A stretch of DNA of 64,000 nucleotides. Source: Mobula hypostoma. Taxonomy: Eukaryota. Made by a program: the position numbers and the translations under genes. The notes under the pieces were generated by a model. The model ran no database searches, had not been told where the DNA came from, and was given only the letters and a program-made list of their open reading frames with translations. Within the stretch, counting starts at the first letter, position 1. Each line of letters starts with the position of its first letter. Location of the stretch: assembly GCF_963921235.1 (NCBI RefSeq), contig NC_086097.1, positions 35,838,001-35,902,000 on the forward strand. Direction: 5' to 3'. Below are positions 1 through 13,330 of the stretch, piece by piece.

Positions 1-1063
1 ATTAGTAGAAAGCCAAAGCAGATGCTGCATTCATGTTGTATCAGGGTAGACTCCAGCAACTTCCAATCAGAAAGCCTGACTTTTCAAGATCTCTGACAGA
101 TCGAATTCAACGGCAAACCAACCTAGAACGAAACCTCATAAGTTCATATCAGGCATTCTATCAAGAAGATGCATTGCTTGGTGAATGCTATTGGCATCTG
201 CAAAAGATATTGCCAAGTCCAGGAGACAGTCTTTGAAAGGAAGTATAAAGAATGCAATCAATGCATGGTAAGTGCACAGATTATTAATCACTGAATGCTT
301 AGTGATGCAAGATGTTCCAAAGAATATTGATCTGGCTCAGAACTGTGAAGTAATATTTCATACAAACACCTATTGCATCCATTAAATTCAAACAAGCACA
401 TTGAACAATTGGGGAAAAAATGCAGTGTGATAGCGGCAGGGTGGAGGAAGTGGGGTGATACTTAGGGAATTGTTATTAAGTAAAAGGCACCTCTTCCTTG
501 AATATGTAATTAAATGCAAAATGATAAGGCTAATATTGCAATGCCACTTAGATTTGCCAGCTACAGGAGCTTTAAATATAATTATGAGTGGTAACACCTG
601 TGACCAGTTTTCCTGGTGACAGACAAGGTGCAGCATGCTGTTTCAGGACATTTGCCAAAAGTTCTCCAATAATTCCCTCACCTACAGGTGACAGTTATTC
701 GCTGTCCTAACCCAACAAGCAGCTGCACCAAATTTATCTCTTCTTTCCAAACCAATTTCAATCCAGGTGCCATGCACAGTAGACAATTTGGGCAATACAA
801 GTACTTGATTGTAGTAGAGATAGACACACAGCATTTCTTTTCTAGAACATATAACAGTCCAGCCCTTCACCCCACAATGTTGTGCTGAACTAATTAAAAT
901 AGTAGTTAAAATACCTAAACCTTTCTGCCTACAAAATGTCCATGTCCCTCCATTCTCTGCACATTCACATGCCTACCTGTGTAAAGAAACAGATTTTTGT
1001 GTTCACAGTATTCTCTGTGCCACTCAGCGCATTCAGGCTCTGGATGGGTGGAATTTGTAAAAA

Positions 1064-1270
1064 GCGAGTATGGAATGAGCTGCCAGATGAGGTGGTAAAT
1101 GCGAGTTCTTTTTTAACATTTAAGAATGAATTGGACAGATACATGGATGGGAGGTGTATGGAGGGATATGGTCCGTGTGCAGGTCAGTGGGACTGGACAG
1201 AAAATGGTTCAGCACAGCCAAGAAGGGCCAAAGGGCCTGTTTCTGTGCTGTAGTTTCTATGGTTCTATGG
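1064..1270 (+). mobile_element. CR1 LINE 3' end fragment
   Basis: Encodes RVWNELPDEVVNASSFLTFKNELDRYM (CR1 ORF2 C-terminus), followed by the GAAGGGCCAAAGGGCCTGTTTC hairpin and a (TTCTATGG)n tail. Confidence 0.85.
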
Positions 1271-1339
1271 TGTCTAGGAAAGTTTCCTGTCTCAAAATAT
1301 AGAGGGATCAAAATATAGAGGGATCAAAATATAGAGAGC

Positions 1340-2625
1340 TCTACTCAGGAGGGTGCAATACTGGAACTCCTCTTAGGGAACGAGGCAGGGCAACTAACTG
1401 AAGTGGCTGTTGGAGAATTTTGACTCTAGTGACCATAATTCTGTTAGTTTTAATATAGTGTTGGATAGGATAGGGCCACAGGTTAGGGTCCTAACCTGGA
1501 GCAGAGCAGGGCTAATTTTGGGGAATTAGGCAGGAGCCGACAGAGTTTAATTGGGTGAGCCTGTTTGAAGGGGAAGGAATTAACGGCAAGGGAGAGGTTT
1601 TCATTTATCAAGACTCCAGGAAGAGCATGTTCCTGTTAAGGTGAAGGGTAAACCTTACAAGTTTAGGGAAACTTGGCGACAAGAAATATTGAGTATCTGG
1701 TCAAGAAAAAGTAGGAAACATATGTTGTGTTTAGGAGGTCCACAACATGTGAATCACTTCTTGACTATAAAAAGATTAAGAATACACTTGAGGGAAATCA
1801 GGGGGACAAAGAGAGTATGAGTTGGATCAGCCAGGTAAGGATAAGGAAAACCCCAAGAGGTTCTACAGCTATATTAAGAATAAAAGGGTAGCAGGGGAGA
1901 CAGTAAAATGCCTTAAAGATCTGCTGGGCTGCCTATGTCTCAAGCCACAGGAGATCGGAGAGATTTTTAAGGAATATTTCTCCTCATTGGCTGCTCAAAA
2001 GATAAAGGAAACAATTGTTGATGTTTTGGAGGTCATTCATATTACCAGGGAGGTGTTATTTGCAGCCTTACAGCACCTTCACGTAGATAAATTCCCAGGC
2101 TTGCATCCTCAGACTTTGTAAGAGGCTGGAGATGAAACTGCAGATCCCCTAGGGTAGATATTTGCTTCATCATTTGCCACTGGTGAAGTTCCTAAAGACT
2201 GGAATATAGTTGTTTAAAAAGGGTAGCAAGAACACACCAGGGAACTACAGGCCAGTCTGTCTGGTATCAGTAGTGAATAGTTTATCTGAAAGATTTCTGA
2301 GTGACATAATCTATAAGCATCCGAATAATCATCTGTTTAGGAAGAGTCAGCAAGGACAACCGTTCTTGATAAATCTTTTGGAGAGTTTTTGAAGTACCAA
2401 AAAGATACTTGGGAGTAGGGCAGTTGATGTTCTCTAATGGACTTAGAGCTATCAAAGCAAGGGCTTTGATAAGGTCCCACATTGGCTGATCTGGAAGGTT
2501 AGATCGCATGTAATCCAGGAAGAGCTAATTAGGTAGATTCAAAATTGGCTCAGAGGTAGGAAGCAGAGGGTGATGTTTGAAAATTGTTTATCAGAGTGGA
2601 GGCCAGTGACTAGTGGTGTGCTTTA
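1340..2625 (+). mobile_element. Degraded CR1 LINE ORF2 fragment (tether to RT N-terminus)
   Basis: Broken ORFs KENPKRFYSYIKNKR, DKFPG and FKKGSKNTPGNYRPVCLVSVV; many stops and frameshifts. Confidence 0.85.
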
Positions 2626-2809
2626 GTGATGCACATTTGGACCTTGGGACAAAAGATATCAGCTGTCAATGTAGCTCCTAATTTTACAAACATCTAACAA
2701 GTCTCCCCTCAGCCACCATTGCTTTATAGAATACAATGGGCACACGGATATGTACAGGCATTAGAGATCAGCATAGGGTGGTGCTGTAGGCAAGAGGGGA
2801 GATTGCTGG

Positions 2810-3715
2810 GTACTTTATAAGACATAGGAGCAGAATTAGGCCATTCAGCCCATCGAGTCTGCTCTGCCATTCATGAAGCATGTTGTATCCTCACTAGTAA
2901 CAAGTGAGATCCTGGAGGACTGAAGAGTAGCTGATGTTGTTTCTCTGTTATAAAGGGGAAATGGAGATCATCCAGGAAACTGTGGGCCAGTTAACCTCAC
3001 AACAATAGTAGCAAAGCTGCTGAGAGGATTCTTCAGGATAGGATTGATGCACAGTACGAGAAACAGTATTAAAGAAGATGTGCAGGGTAGGTTATATATG
3101 CAAAGAATTTTGAGCTTTGGTGACAGGCTGTGAGGGGAAGTGGTGGAAGTAAATGTATAGTAAAGCCTGAGCCTTTTTCCCAGGGCTGAAATGGCTAACA
3201 TGAAGGGGCATAGTTTTAAGGTGCTTGGAAGTGGGTACAAGGGGGATGTCAGAGGTAAGTTTTTCACACAGAGCGTGGTGGGTGTGTGGAATATACTGCC
3301 AGCAAGGATTCTCAGATAGGCACATGGAGCTTAGGAAAATAGAGGGCTATGCAGTAGGGAAATTCCAGGCAGTTTCTAGAGTAGGTTATATGGTCAGCAC
3401 AACATTGTGGGTCGAAAGGCCTGTAATGCGCTGCAAATTCCTATGTTTCTATGTAAAAAGCTGTTAGATAGACACAAGGGACACAGGGGATGAATCAATA
3501 TGGATAATGTAAAGACAGAAGAAAATTAATTTAATTGGGATTTTTGCTCAGCACAGATATTGTGAGCAAAGGGCTTTTCCTTGTAGGTTCTATATGTACT
3601 GTGCGTAACAAAAGTTTGTCCAAACTTGCCTTATAACATATGCTGTCTAATCCAGGCAACATCCTGGGAAACCTTTTCTGCACCCACTTCAAAGCCTTCA
3701 CATTCTCTCTGCTAG
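2810..3715. mobile_element. Mosaic of short CR1 fragments on both strands
   Basis: Minus-strand 3' end (ATAAGACATAGGAGCAGAATTAGGCC), plus-strand RT piece at ~2880-3050, plus-strand 3' end with TTCTATG tail at ~3165-3455. Confidence 0.7.
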
Positions 3716-3859
3716 CATGAAGAAAATGTTATTTAGCCACCATGGTTACCTTCAGCTCATCATGGCTCATTTAGGATCATGCAAATACTCTAACACAGTG
3801 GGAACAGAGACCTCGGCAGTTTAAAAGATAATGCGGCAGTAATTTGGAAATGAAAGAAT

Positions 3860-6105
3860 GTAGTGCAAAAGTGCATCAGGAAAAATGTCAGAGTAAGAAA
3901 AACTGAAAAAAAAATATGAAAGACTTTATCTGGTTGCACACAAAGTCCATAACATAATAGATGAATTGACTGCACAAGTGAAAATAAACAGAAAGAAATT
4001 AGTGTAATCAACAACCCATGATAGACCAAAGCTGGGAACTGAACTGAAGCAAAAGGATGCAAAGTAGGTCTATTAATACAGGACGTGGTCGGTGCAGTCC
4101 TAAAAAATGATAATGGCCTTGAAGTTCAAGGTGTAGAATCAGCTTTGGGATGAGATAAGAAATAGTAAGAGTAAAAAATCACTGGGGGAGTAGACTCCCA
4201 AACACTATTTCAGAAATTAATGGGGGGGGGGGGTTATAAGAAACATATTGTGTTAATCACAGGCGATTCTAATTATTACACAGATTGGTCAAATCAAATT
4301 GGCAAGGGTTCCCTTAAGGATGAATTCATAGAGTGTTTTCTGCACAGTCTCTTAGAGCAATACACTGAGGAAACAAGCAGGAAGCATACTATTTTAGATC
4401 CAGTTTTGTGTAGTGGGACAGATTAATTAACAATCTTAAAGTAAAAGGTCCCCGAAGAAAAAGTGATTGTAGCATGGTAGAATTTCAGATTTAATTTGAG
4501 GATAACATACTCAGGTCGGAAAATGTTGCCCTCATTTTAAATAAAGGCAAATGCAGTAGTACGTGGAGAGAGTTGGTTAAGCTGGACTGGGAAAGTACAT
4601 TGAAAGGTCAGCAGAAATCTATTCCAGAGAGGAAGAAAGAGCCTCTGAGAGGGATGCTCCATAATAACAAAATGAAACAAAAGACATACTGTGTGAGAAG
4701 GTTAATGATAGGCCAGAAGATTGGGAGAATTTTAAAAACCAGCAAAATTTGGCCAAAAATAGTGAGAGCAAATTGCAAGATGAAAACAGACAGTAGGAGC
4801 TTCTGCGGGCATACAAAACACTAGAAACTAGGTAAAGTGAAATGTTGGTTCTTTAGAGGAAGAACTAATGATGCAAAATTAATTCTAAATAATTATTTTG
4901 GATTGGATAAAAGGAGACAGTGCCTGGAAAGCTGCAAGGCCTGAAGGTGACTAAGGCACCTGGACCTTAAAGAGTGTAGTTCTGAAAGAGGTAGCTGAAG
5001 AGATTGTGGAGGCATTAGTAATGAACTTTCACGAATCACTAGATTCTGAAATGGTTCTGGATGACTGAAAAATTGCAAATGTCTCTCCACTCTTTAAGAA
5101 GGGAGGGAGGCAGAAGAAAGGAAAATATATGCCAGTTAGCCAGACTTCAGTGGCTGGGAAAATGTTGGATTCTATTATTAAGGATAAGGTTTGGGGGTAC
5201 TTGGGTGCCACATGAAGAATAGGCCTAAGTCAGCAAGGTTTCCTTAAGGGTAAGTCTTGCCTGACAAATCTGTTGGAATTCTTTGAGGAAATAACAGGCA
5301 GGATTGACAAAAAAAGAGTCAGTGGATGTAATTGGGTTTTCAGAAGGTCTTTGGACAAGGGGCCACATGTGAGACTGCTTAACGGAGTAAGAGCCCATGG
5401 TGTTACAGGAAAGATACTAGTATGGATAAAAGATTTGCTGACTTGCAAGAGGCAAGGAGTGGGAATAAAAGGAGCCTTTTCTGGTTGGCTGCCAGTGACT
5501 AATGGTGTTCCACATGTGAACACCATTGGTGTTGGGACCGTTTCTTTTCAAGTTATATGTTGAATTTGGATGACGGAGTTGATGGCTTGGGGCCAGGTTT
5601 TCCAAGATTATGAAGATAGGTGGAGGGGCAGGTAGAATTGAGGAAGCAGGGAGTCTGCAGAAGGATTTAGACAGATTAGGAGAATGGACAAAGAAGTGGC
5701 AGATAGAATATTGTGTAGGGAAATGTGTGATAATGCACTTTGGTAGAAGAAATAAAGGTGTAGACTGTTTTTTAAAAGGAGAAAATTTAAAAATCGGTGG
5801 TGCAAAGGGACTGGCAAGTCCTCGTGCAGAGATCCCAAAAGTTTAGCTGCATGTTGGGTTGGTGATATGGAAGGTAGATGCAATGTTAGCATTCCTTTCT
5901 AGAAGACTAGAATATAAGAGCAAAGACATAATACTGAGACTTTATAAAGCATTGGTCAGACTGCACTTAGAGTATTGTGAGCAGTTCTCAGTCCCTTATC
6001 TAAGAAAATATGTGCTGGATTTGGAGAGGGTCCAGAGAAGGCTCACTAGAATAATTCCAGGAATGAAAGGGTTAATGTAAGAGGAGTGCTTGATGTCTCT
6101 GGGCA
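3860..6105 (+). mobile_element. Degraded CR1 LINE ORF2 (APE endonuclease through RT)
   Basis: Fragments LITGDSNYYTDW, LEFFEEITGRID, WLPVTNGVP, KIGGGAG...LQKDLDRLGEW and LYKALVRLHLEYC. Confidence 0.88.
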
Positions 6106-6279
6106 CAGTTTGTTGTCTTTAAGCACATCGGTTGTTTGTTCGTCTTTGTTGTGTGCATTCTTTTGCAGATTCTATTGTGTATCTTTGTATTTACTGTGAA
6201 TGCCAACACACAAATACACCTTGGGTTAGTATAGGGTGACATATGTGTTCTTGGATAATATATTTAATTTGAACTTTGA

Positions 6280-7535
6280 ATAGTGATAATCCTGGGAATT
6301 ATAGACAGTGAGCCTTAAATCCGTCATGGGCAAAGTAATGGAGAGGATTCTTAGAGACAGGATTTACAAGCATTTAGAGATGCATCATTTTAGGGATATT
6401 CAGCATGTCTTTGTGAGAGGTTATGCCAGACGAGCCTAACTGAGTTTTTTAAGAAGGTGACAAAAAAGTTGATGAAGGCCATCGAGTGCCTGTGGTGTAT
6501 ATAGACTTTAGTGAGGTGGTTGACAAGGTTCTCCATGGTAGGCTCACCCAGAAAATCATGAGGCATGGGATCCATCAAAACTTGGCTGCATGGTAGAAAG
6601 TGATTATAGACAGAGCATATTCTTCCTGGAGGTCAGTGAAAAGTGATGTTCTGCAGGGACCTGTTCTGGGACCCCTGCTCTTTGTGATTTTTTTAAGTAA
6701 CTTGGATGAGGAAGCAGAAGGGTGGATTAGTAAGACTGAGGATGGCACAAAGTTTGGTTTTGTTGTGGAGAGAAGGTTGTTGTAGGCTACAATGGGATAC
6801 AGATAAGATGCAGAGCTGGGCAGAGAAGTGGCATATGAAGTTCAATCCAGAAAAGTATGAAGTGATATACTTGCAGGTGGAGTACAAGGTTAATGGTAGG
6901 ATGTTTAGCAATATGGATTAAAGGGGAGATTGTGGGGTCCAGTTCCATTAGATCCCTCAAAGTTGCAGTGCAATATAATAGGGTGGTGAAGAAGGCATAT
7001 GATGTGTTGTCCCTTCTTTAGTCACTGAGATCAAGAGCCATGAGGTAATGTTGTAGATCTCTAAATTTCAGGATAGACCATACTAGGAGTATTGTGTACA
7101 TTTCTGGTCATCCACTTGTAGGAAGGTTGTGGCAGCTTTAGATAGATAGACTGTAGAAAAGATTTATCAGGATGCTGTCTGGACTACAGAACAGGTCTTA
7201 TGAGGAAATATTGAGTGATTTATGAGGAAATATTGAGTGATCTAGGGCTTTACTCCATGGAACAAAGGAGGATAAGAGGTGACTTGATAGAGGAGTCTAA
7301 GATTATGAGAGGTTGAATTTTTTTTTTACACAGAGAGGGATAGGAATGCATTGCCTGAGGCGATGATGGAGGTTAATACTATAGGGTCATTTAAGATACT
7401 CTTATACAAGCAAATGGCTATAAGCAAAATGTAGGATTATGGGCTATGAAGAAGGAAAGGGTTAGGTTAACCAAGGATTTACATAGGCTGGCAAAACACT
7501 GTGGACCAAATGCCCTGTACTGTGCTATAAATGTT
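6280..7535 (+). mobile_element. Degraded CR1 LINE, RT and 3' end
   Basis: [28 protein letters not shown] and MQSWAEKWHMKFNPEKYEV; decayed 3' hairpin; internal 22-bp tandem duplication near 7198-7241. Confidence 0.85.
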
Positions 7536-7964
7536 CCTTTTAGCTTATTTTAAAATAATGAAATTTATTAATTTATTTGGTTCAGAACTACTTTTGGGCC
7601 ATAGGGCTGTTCTTGTGCTGTGCTGTTCTATGTTTAAAAGGATGTAAAAAAAACAGATAGTGGTGAAAAAGGTCAAAGGTTTGTGAAGAATATTTTAAAG
7701 ACTTTTTTTCTAAGAATCTGATGGAAGGCAAGTCTATAATAGACTTTGAGCGTAAAAAGTATCCATAAAGGTATAACAGTAGCAGACTATTCAGTGGTGC
7801 CAGGATTTGATTATAACCATTTAGAGTAACCATGGCAAAGCCATTGTCAAAATGATGGACATTTGTTGTTATCACGGCATAATTTCAAAGATATCAAAAT
7901 TATTGTAAAAGGGAGAGAGTTTTAGACAACTTGCAGTCTTTAAATGGCAATGATGGCCAGCCGT

Positions 7965-10900
7965 CATAAGACCATAAGACATTGGAGCAGAATTAGGCCA
8001 TTCAGCCCATCTTGTCTGCTCCGCCATTGCATTCTGGCTGATCCCAGTCCCACTCAACCCCATACACCTGCCTTTTCACCATAATCTTTGATGCCCTGAC
8101 CAATCAGGAAACTATCAAATTTCGCTTTAAATATACTCATGGTTTTGGCCTTCACAGCTGTCTGTGGCAGAGCATTCCACATATTCATTACTCTCTGGCT
8201 AAAAAAATTCCTCCTTACCTCTGTTCTAAAAGGTCACCCCTCAATTTTGAGGCTGTGCCCTCTAGTTCTGGACACTCCCACCAGAGGAAACATCCCCTCC
8301 ACAACCACCTTATCTGGTCCTTTCAACATTCAGTAGGTTTCAATCAGATCCCCTAACAGTTTTCTAAATTCCAGTGAGCACAGGCCCAAAGCTGCCAAAT
8401 GCTCCTCATATGTTAACCCCTTCATTCCCAAAATCATCCTTTTGAACCTCCTCTGGACTTTCTCCAATTACAACATCCTTACTGAGATATGGGGCCCAAA
8501 ACTGTTGACAATACTCCAAGTATCTTATAAAGCTTCAGCATTATCTCCTTTTTTTATATAGTCCTCTTAAGATGAATACCAACATTGCATTTGCCTTTTT
8601 TACCACAGACTCAATCTGTAAATGGGCCTTCTGGGAGTTTTACACAGGACTCTTCAGTCCCTCTGCACCTCTGATGTTTGAATTTTCTCCGCTTTTAGAT
8701 AATAGTCTGCACTTTTGTTCCTTTCACTAAAATGTGTTATCATACATTTCCCAACACTGTATTCCATCAGTCACTTTTTTGCCCATTCTTCCAATTTGTC
8801 TAAGTCCTTCTGCAATTGCATTGTTTCCTCAGCACTACCTACCCCTCCAGCTAGCTTCAATTTGGGTGAACCAAATTAGTAAGGGTGATGAGGAAGAGGA
8901 TTTCTTGGAATGCATGCGGGATGGTTTTCAGAACCAACATGTCGAGGAACCAACTAGAGAGCAGGCCATTCTAGACTGAGTATTGAGAAATGAGGAAGGG
9001 TTAGTTAGCAATCTTGTCGTGCGAGGTGCTTTGGGTAAGAGTGACCATAATATGGTGGAATTCTTCATTAAGATGGAGAGTGATATAGTTAATTCAGAAA
9101 CAAAGGTTCTGAACTTAAAGAAGGGTAACTTTGAAGGTATGAGATGTGAATTAGCTAAGATAGACTGGCAAATGATACTTAAAGGGTTGACGGTAGATAT
9201 GCAATGGCAAGCATTTAAAGATCACATGGATGAACTACAACAATTGTTCATCCCAGTTTCACAAAAGAATAAACCAGGGAAGGTAGTGCAGCTGTGGCTG
9301 ACAAGGGAGTTTAGGGATAGTATCAATTCCAAAGAAGAAACATACAAATTAGCCAGAAAAAGCGGCACACCTGAGGACTGGGAGAAATTCAGAGTCCAGC
9401 AGAGGAGGACAAAGGGCTTAATTAGGAGAGGGAAAAAATATTATGAGAGAAAACTGGCAGGGAACATAAAAACTGACTGTAAAAGCTTTTATAGATATGT
9501 GAAAAGAAAAAGATTGGTTAAGACAAATGTAGGTCCCTTACAGTCAGAAACAGGTGAATTGATCATGGGGAACAAGGACATGGCAGACCAATTGAATAAT
9601 TACTTTGGTTCTGTCTTCACTAAGGAGGACATAAATAATCTTCCAGAAATAGTAGGGGACAGAGGGTCTAGTGAGATGGAGGAACTGAGGGAAATACATG
9701 TTAGTAGGGAAGTGGTGTTAGGTAAATTGAAGGGATTAAAGGCAGATAAATCCCCAGGGCCAGATGGTCTGCAACCCAGAGTGCTTAAGGAAGTAGCCCA
9801 AGAAATAGTGGATACATTAGTGATAATTTTTCAAAACTCTTTAGATTCTGGATTAGTTCCTGAGGATTGGAGGGTGGCTAATGTAACCCCGCTTTTTTAA
9901 AAAGGAGGGAGAGAGAAACTGGGGAATTATAGACCGGTTAGCCTGACATCGGTGGTGGGGAAAATGCTAGAGTCAGTTATCAAAGAAGTGATAACAGCAC
10001 ATTTGGAAAGCAGTGAAATCATCGGACAAAGTCAGCATGGATTTGTGAAAGGAAAATCATGTCTGACGAATCTCACAGAATTTTTTGAGGATGTAACTAG
10101 TAGAGTGGATAGGGGAGAACCAGTGGATGTGGTATATTTGGATTTTCAAAAGGCTTTTGACAAGGTCGCACACAGGAGATTAGTGTGCAAACTTAAAGCA
10201 CATGGTATTGGGGGTATGGTATTGATGTGGATAGAGAATTAGTTGGCAGAAAGGAAGCAAAGAGTGGGAATAAACAGGACCTTTTCAGAATGGCAGGCAG
10301 TGACTAGTGGGGTACCACAAGGCTCAGTGCTGGGACCCCAGTTGTTTACAATATATATTAATGACTTAGACGAGGGAATTAAATGCAGCATCTCCAAGTT
10401 TGCGGATGACATGAAGCTGGGTGGCAGTGTTAGCTGTGGGGAGGATGCTAAGAGGATGCAGGGTGACTTGGATAGGTTAGGTGAGTGGGCAAATTCATGG
10501 CAGATGCAATTTAATGTAGATAAATGTGAGGTTATCCACTTTGGTGGCAAGAACAGGAAAACAGATTATTATCTGAATGGTGGCCGATTAAGAAAAGGGG
10601 AGGTGCAACGAGACCTGGGCGTCATTGTACACCAGTCGTTGAAAGTGGGCACGCAGGTACAGCAGGCGGTGAAAAAGGCGAATGGTATGCTGGCATTCAT
10701 AGCAAGAGGATTCGAGTACAGGAGTAGGGAGGTACTACTGCAGTTGTACAAGGCCTTGGTGAGACCACATCTGGAGTATTGTGTGCAGTTTTGGTCCCCT
10801 AATCTGAGGAAAGACATTCTTGCCATGGAGGGAGCACAAAGAAGGTTCACCAGATTGATTCCTGGGATGGCAGGACTTTCATATGCTGAAAGACTGGATT

Positions 10901-11525
10901 GACTAGGCTTACACTCGCTGGAATTTAGAAGATTGAGGGGGGATCTTATTAAAACATATAAAATCCTAAAGGGATTGGACAGGCTAGATTCAGGAAGATT
11001 GTTCCCGATGTTGGGGAAGTCCAGAACGAGGGGTCACAGTTTAAGGATAAAGGGGAAGCCTTTTAGGACCAAGATGAGGAAAAACTTCTTCACACAGAGA
11101 GTGGTGAATCTGTGGTATTCTCTGCCACAGGAAACAGTTGAGGCCAGTTCATTGGCTATATTTAAGAGGGGTTAGATATGGCCCTTGTGGCTAAAGGGAT
11201 CAGGGGGTATGTAGAGAAAGCAGGTACAGGGTTCTGAGTTGGATGATCAGCCATGATCATACTGAATGGCGGTGCAGGCTCGAGGGGCCGAATGGCCTAC
11301 TCCTGCATCTATTTTCTATGTTTCTATGTTTCATATCATCCAGAAACTTTGCCACAAAGCCATCAATTCCATTACCTAAATCATTGACAAAGAATGTGAG
11401 AAGTAGTGGTCCCAATACCAACCCAAGAAACACCACTGGTCACTGGCAGCCAACCAGAAAAGGTCCATTTTATTCCCACTCACTGCATCCTCCCCGTCCG
11501 TCATTCCTCTATCCATGCCAGTATT
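7965..11525 (-). mobile_element. CR1 LINE 3' portion, split into 7965-8859 and 11331-11525 by a younger CR1
   Basis: Starts with the reverse-complement tail CATAAGACCATAAGAC. The sequence ...CCCCTCCAGCTAGCTTCA resumes as TTCATATCATCC...GCCACAAAGCC after 11330. Confidence 0.85.
8860..11330 (+). mobile_element. Young 5'-truncated CR1 LINE (end of APE, full RT, 3' UTR)
   Basis: ORFs 8983-9900, 9952-10242, 10243-10902 and 10933-11175 are in one frame, separated by point nonsense codons. Motifs [21 protein letters not shown] and KFADD; 3' hairpin and (TTCTATGT)n tail. Confidence 0.95.
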
Positions 11526-12206
11526 TTTCCTGTAATGTCACCTCTGCCTATCTCAGGTTTGAACACTCTCTCTGGTACATTCCTATCACACCTCCAATGA
11601 ACTTGCAATGGACCTACCACCAGATCACTTCCTTTGGACAACTTTAAAAGTTAGAACACATTTCCTTGCTACACCTATTTTAGCAAAGTAAGCTTTTAAA
11701 AAATAGCTATGATCTTATTGAATGGCGGACCAGTCTCTCTGGGCCAAATGGCCTATTCCTGCTCCTATTTCTTCTGTTCTTAATAGGTCACTCCTGACTG
11801 AATAATAAATTGAGGGAATCTTATCCATTAAGCATGTAATAACTATTCCACTCTTCCCCAGTGTAATTTCAATGTTTCATCAGTTACATCGTAGTGACAC
11901 AATCTGAGGTACATTATTTTAGATCTTTCTAAGAAATCTTTCATGGTAAACCATGGTTTAAGCTTACAGAACATTTCTCAAGAGGGAGTCAAGTGATTTA
12001 TTCATATTGATTTATAAAGTCATACAAGTGCATTGCCAAAGAGAAAATTATTATAAATTTCATGGATTTGTTACTAAATACAGATTTGACTTAAAACTTT
12101 TTACAGTTGTAGCTTTACACAAACAACCATGCAATCTCTCGTCTCCCTTTCGAATCTCACAACTTCTGGACTTTCTCTGCATAATTATCATTGATATAAA
12201 ACTGTT

Positions 12207-12455
12207 AGCATAGGACCGGAATTAGGGCATTTTGCCGATCGAGGCTGCTCCACCATTCAATTAAGGCTGACTTATTATCAGTCTCAATTCCATTCTCCTG
12301 CCTTCTCTCCATAACCTTTGACGCTCTTACTAATCAAAAACCCATCAACCTGTTTTCAATACACCCAATGACTTGGCCTCCACAGCCGCCTGTGGCAATG
12401 AATTCCACAGATTCACCACTCCCTGGCTGAAGAAATTCTTCCTCATCAATGTCAT
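12207..12455 (-). mobile_element. CR1 3' end fragment
   Basis: GAATTCCACAGATTCACCACT...GAAGAAATTC and the reverse-complement 3' hairpin. Confidence 0.75.
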
Positions 12456-13227
12456 AAAATGCTCTGATTGAAGCAGAAAATTATCCTCAAGATAAAATAA
12501 ACTTGGGATGTTATTCCCCTGCTTGTCACTGCAAATCTACTGTAGTGAAGAAAGATTATTATCTTCTTTCTTTGCAGAAATACTTCTGATAAAGATCAGA
12601 CCAGCAATATGACATACATTTTATTCAGTAATTTTTTTCCAAAGGAATCAGGAAAAGATCCAATGAGTATAGTACACTAATACAACTAGACATTTTGAAA
12701 ACATACAAAGAAATCTGATCCAATGGAATGGGAAAACAATTCTTTCTCTGCACTTGAAGTACACTAGGAGGAAAATAAATCTTACTGAACTCCAGGGTGT
12801 ACAAACGACTCTGTTGCCTTGTGTGTTTGACTTGGGATGCACTGTGATATGCATATCAAGTTCGAACCAAAATATTCCTTTGATAAGTGTTAATCCCAAG
12901 CCAGCCACACTAAGCAAGGAAGAAGGCTAAGTGCACAGATGTGAGGAATATTCTGGAAATAGAATCGCTACTAGATTATAACATATCTTTAAATAAATAT
13001 TAAACTCATTCTCTGTCACTATAATTAATCCTCTGTTTGCAGCGCAACCCTCCAGAAAAAGGCTTAGCTAAGCTGTAGAGGGAGTAGAATGCAGCTGCAT
13101 CTCATAAATACTGTCTCCGTGATGGAGAAAGCTGTCTGGTTGGAGTAAATCAAATGCCAGTTTATAGAACTGCTGCAATAGGCAAGAAAGATAATTCTCC
13201 CTCACTGAAGTCACATTCATAGGATCT

Positions 13228-13330
13228 AAGCAACACACAGGAAGTGCTGGAGGAACTCAGCAGGCCAGGCAGCATCTTTAGAAGAGAGTCAACAGTCGGT
13301 GTTTCGAGCCGAGACACTGCAGCAGGGGTT
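13228..13330 (-). mobile_element. Penelope-like element pLTR fragment with decayed hammerhead
   Basis: AACACACAGGAAGTGCTGGAGGAACTCAGCAGGCCAGGCAGCATC...CAGTCGGTGTTTCGAGCCGAGAC; homologous to 21435-21535 and 63450-63550. Confidence 0.75.

Noticed and set aside
12670..12930. ~85-codon open frame on the plus strand and an 89-aa ORF on the minus strand
   Set aside because: No recognisable domain or convincing splice signals; length is compatible with chance.
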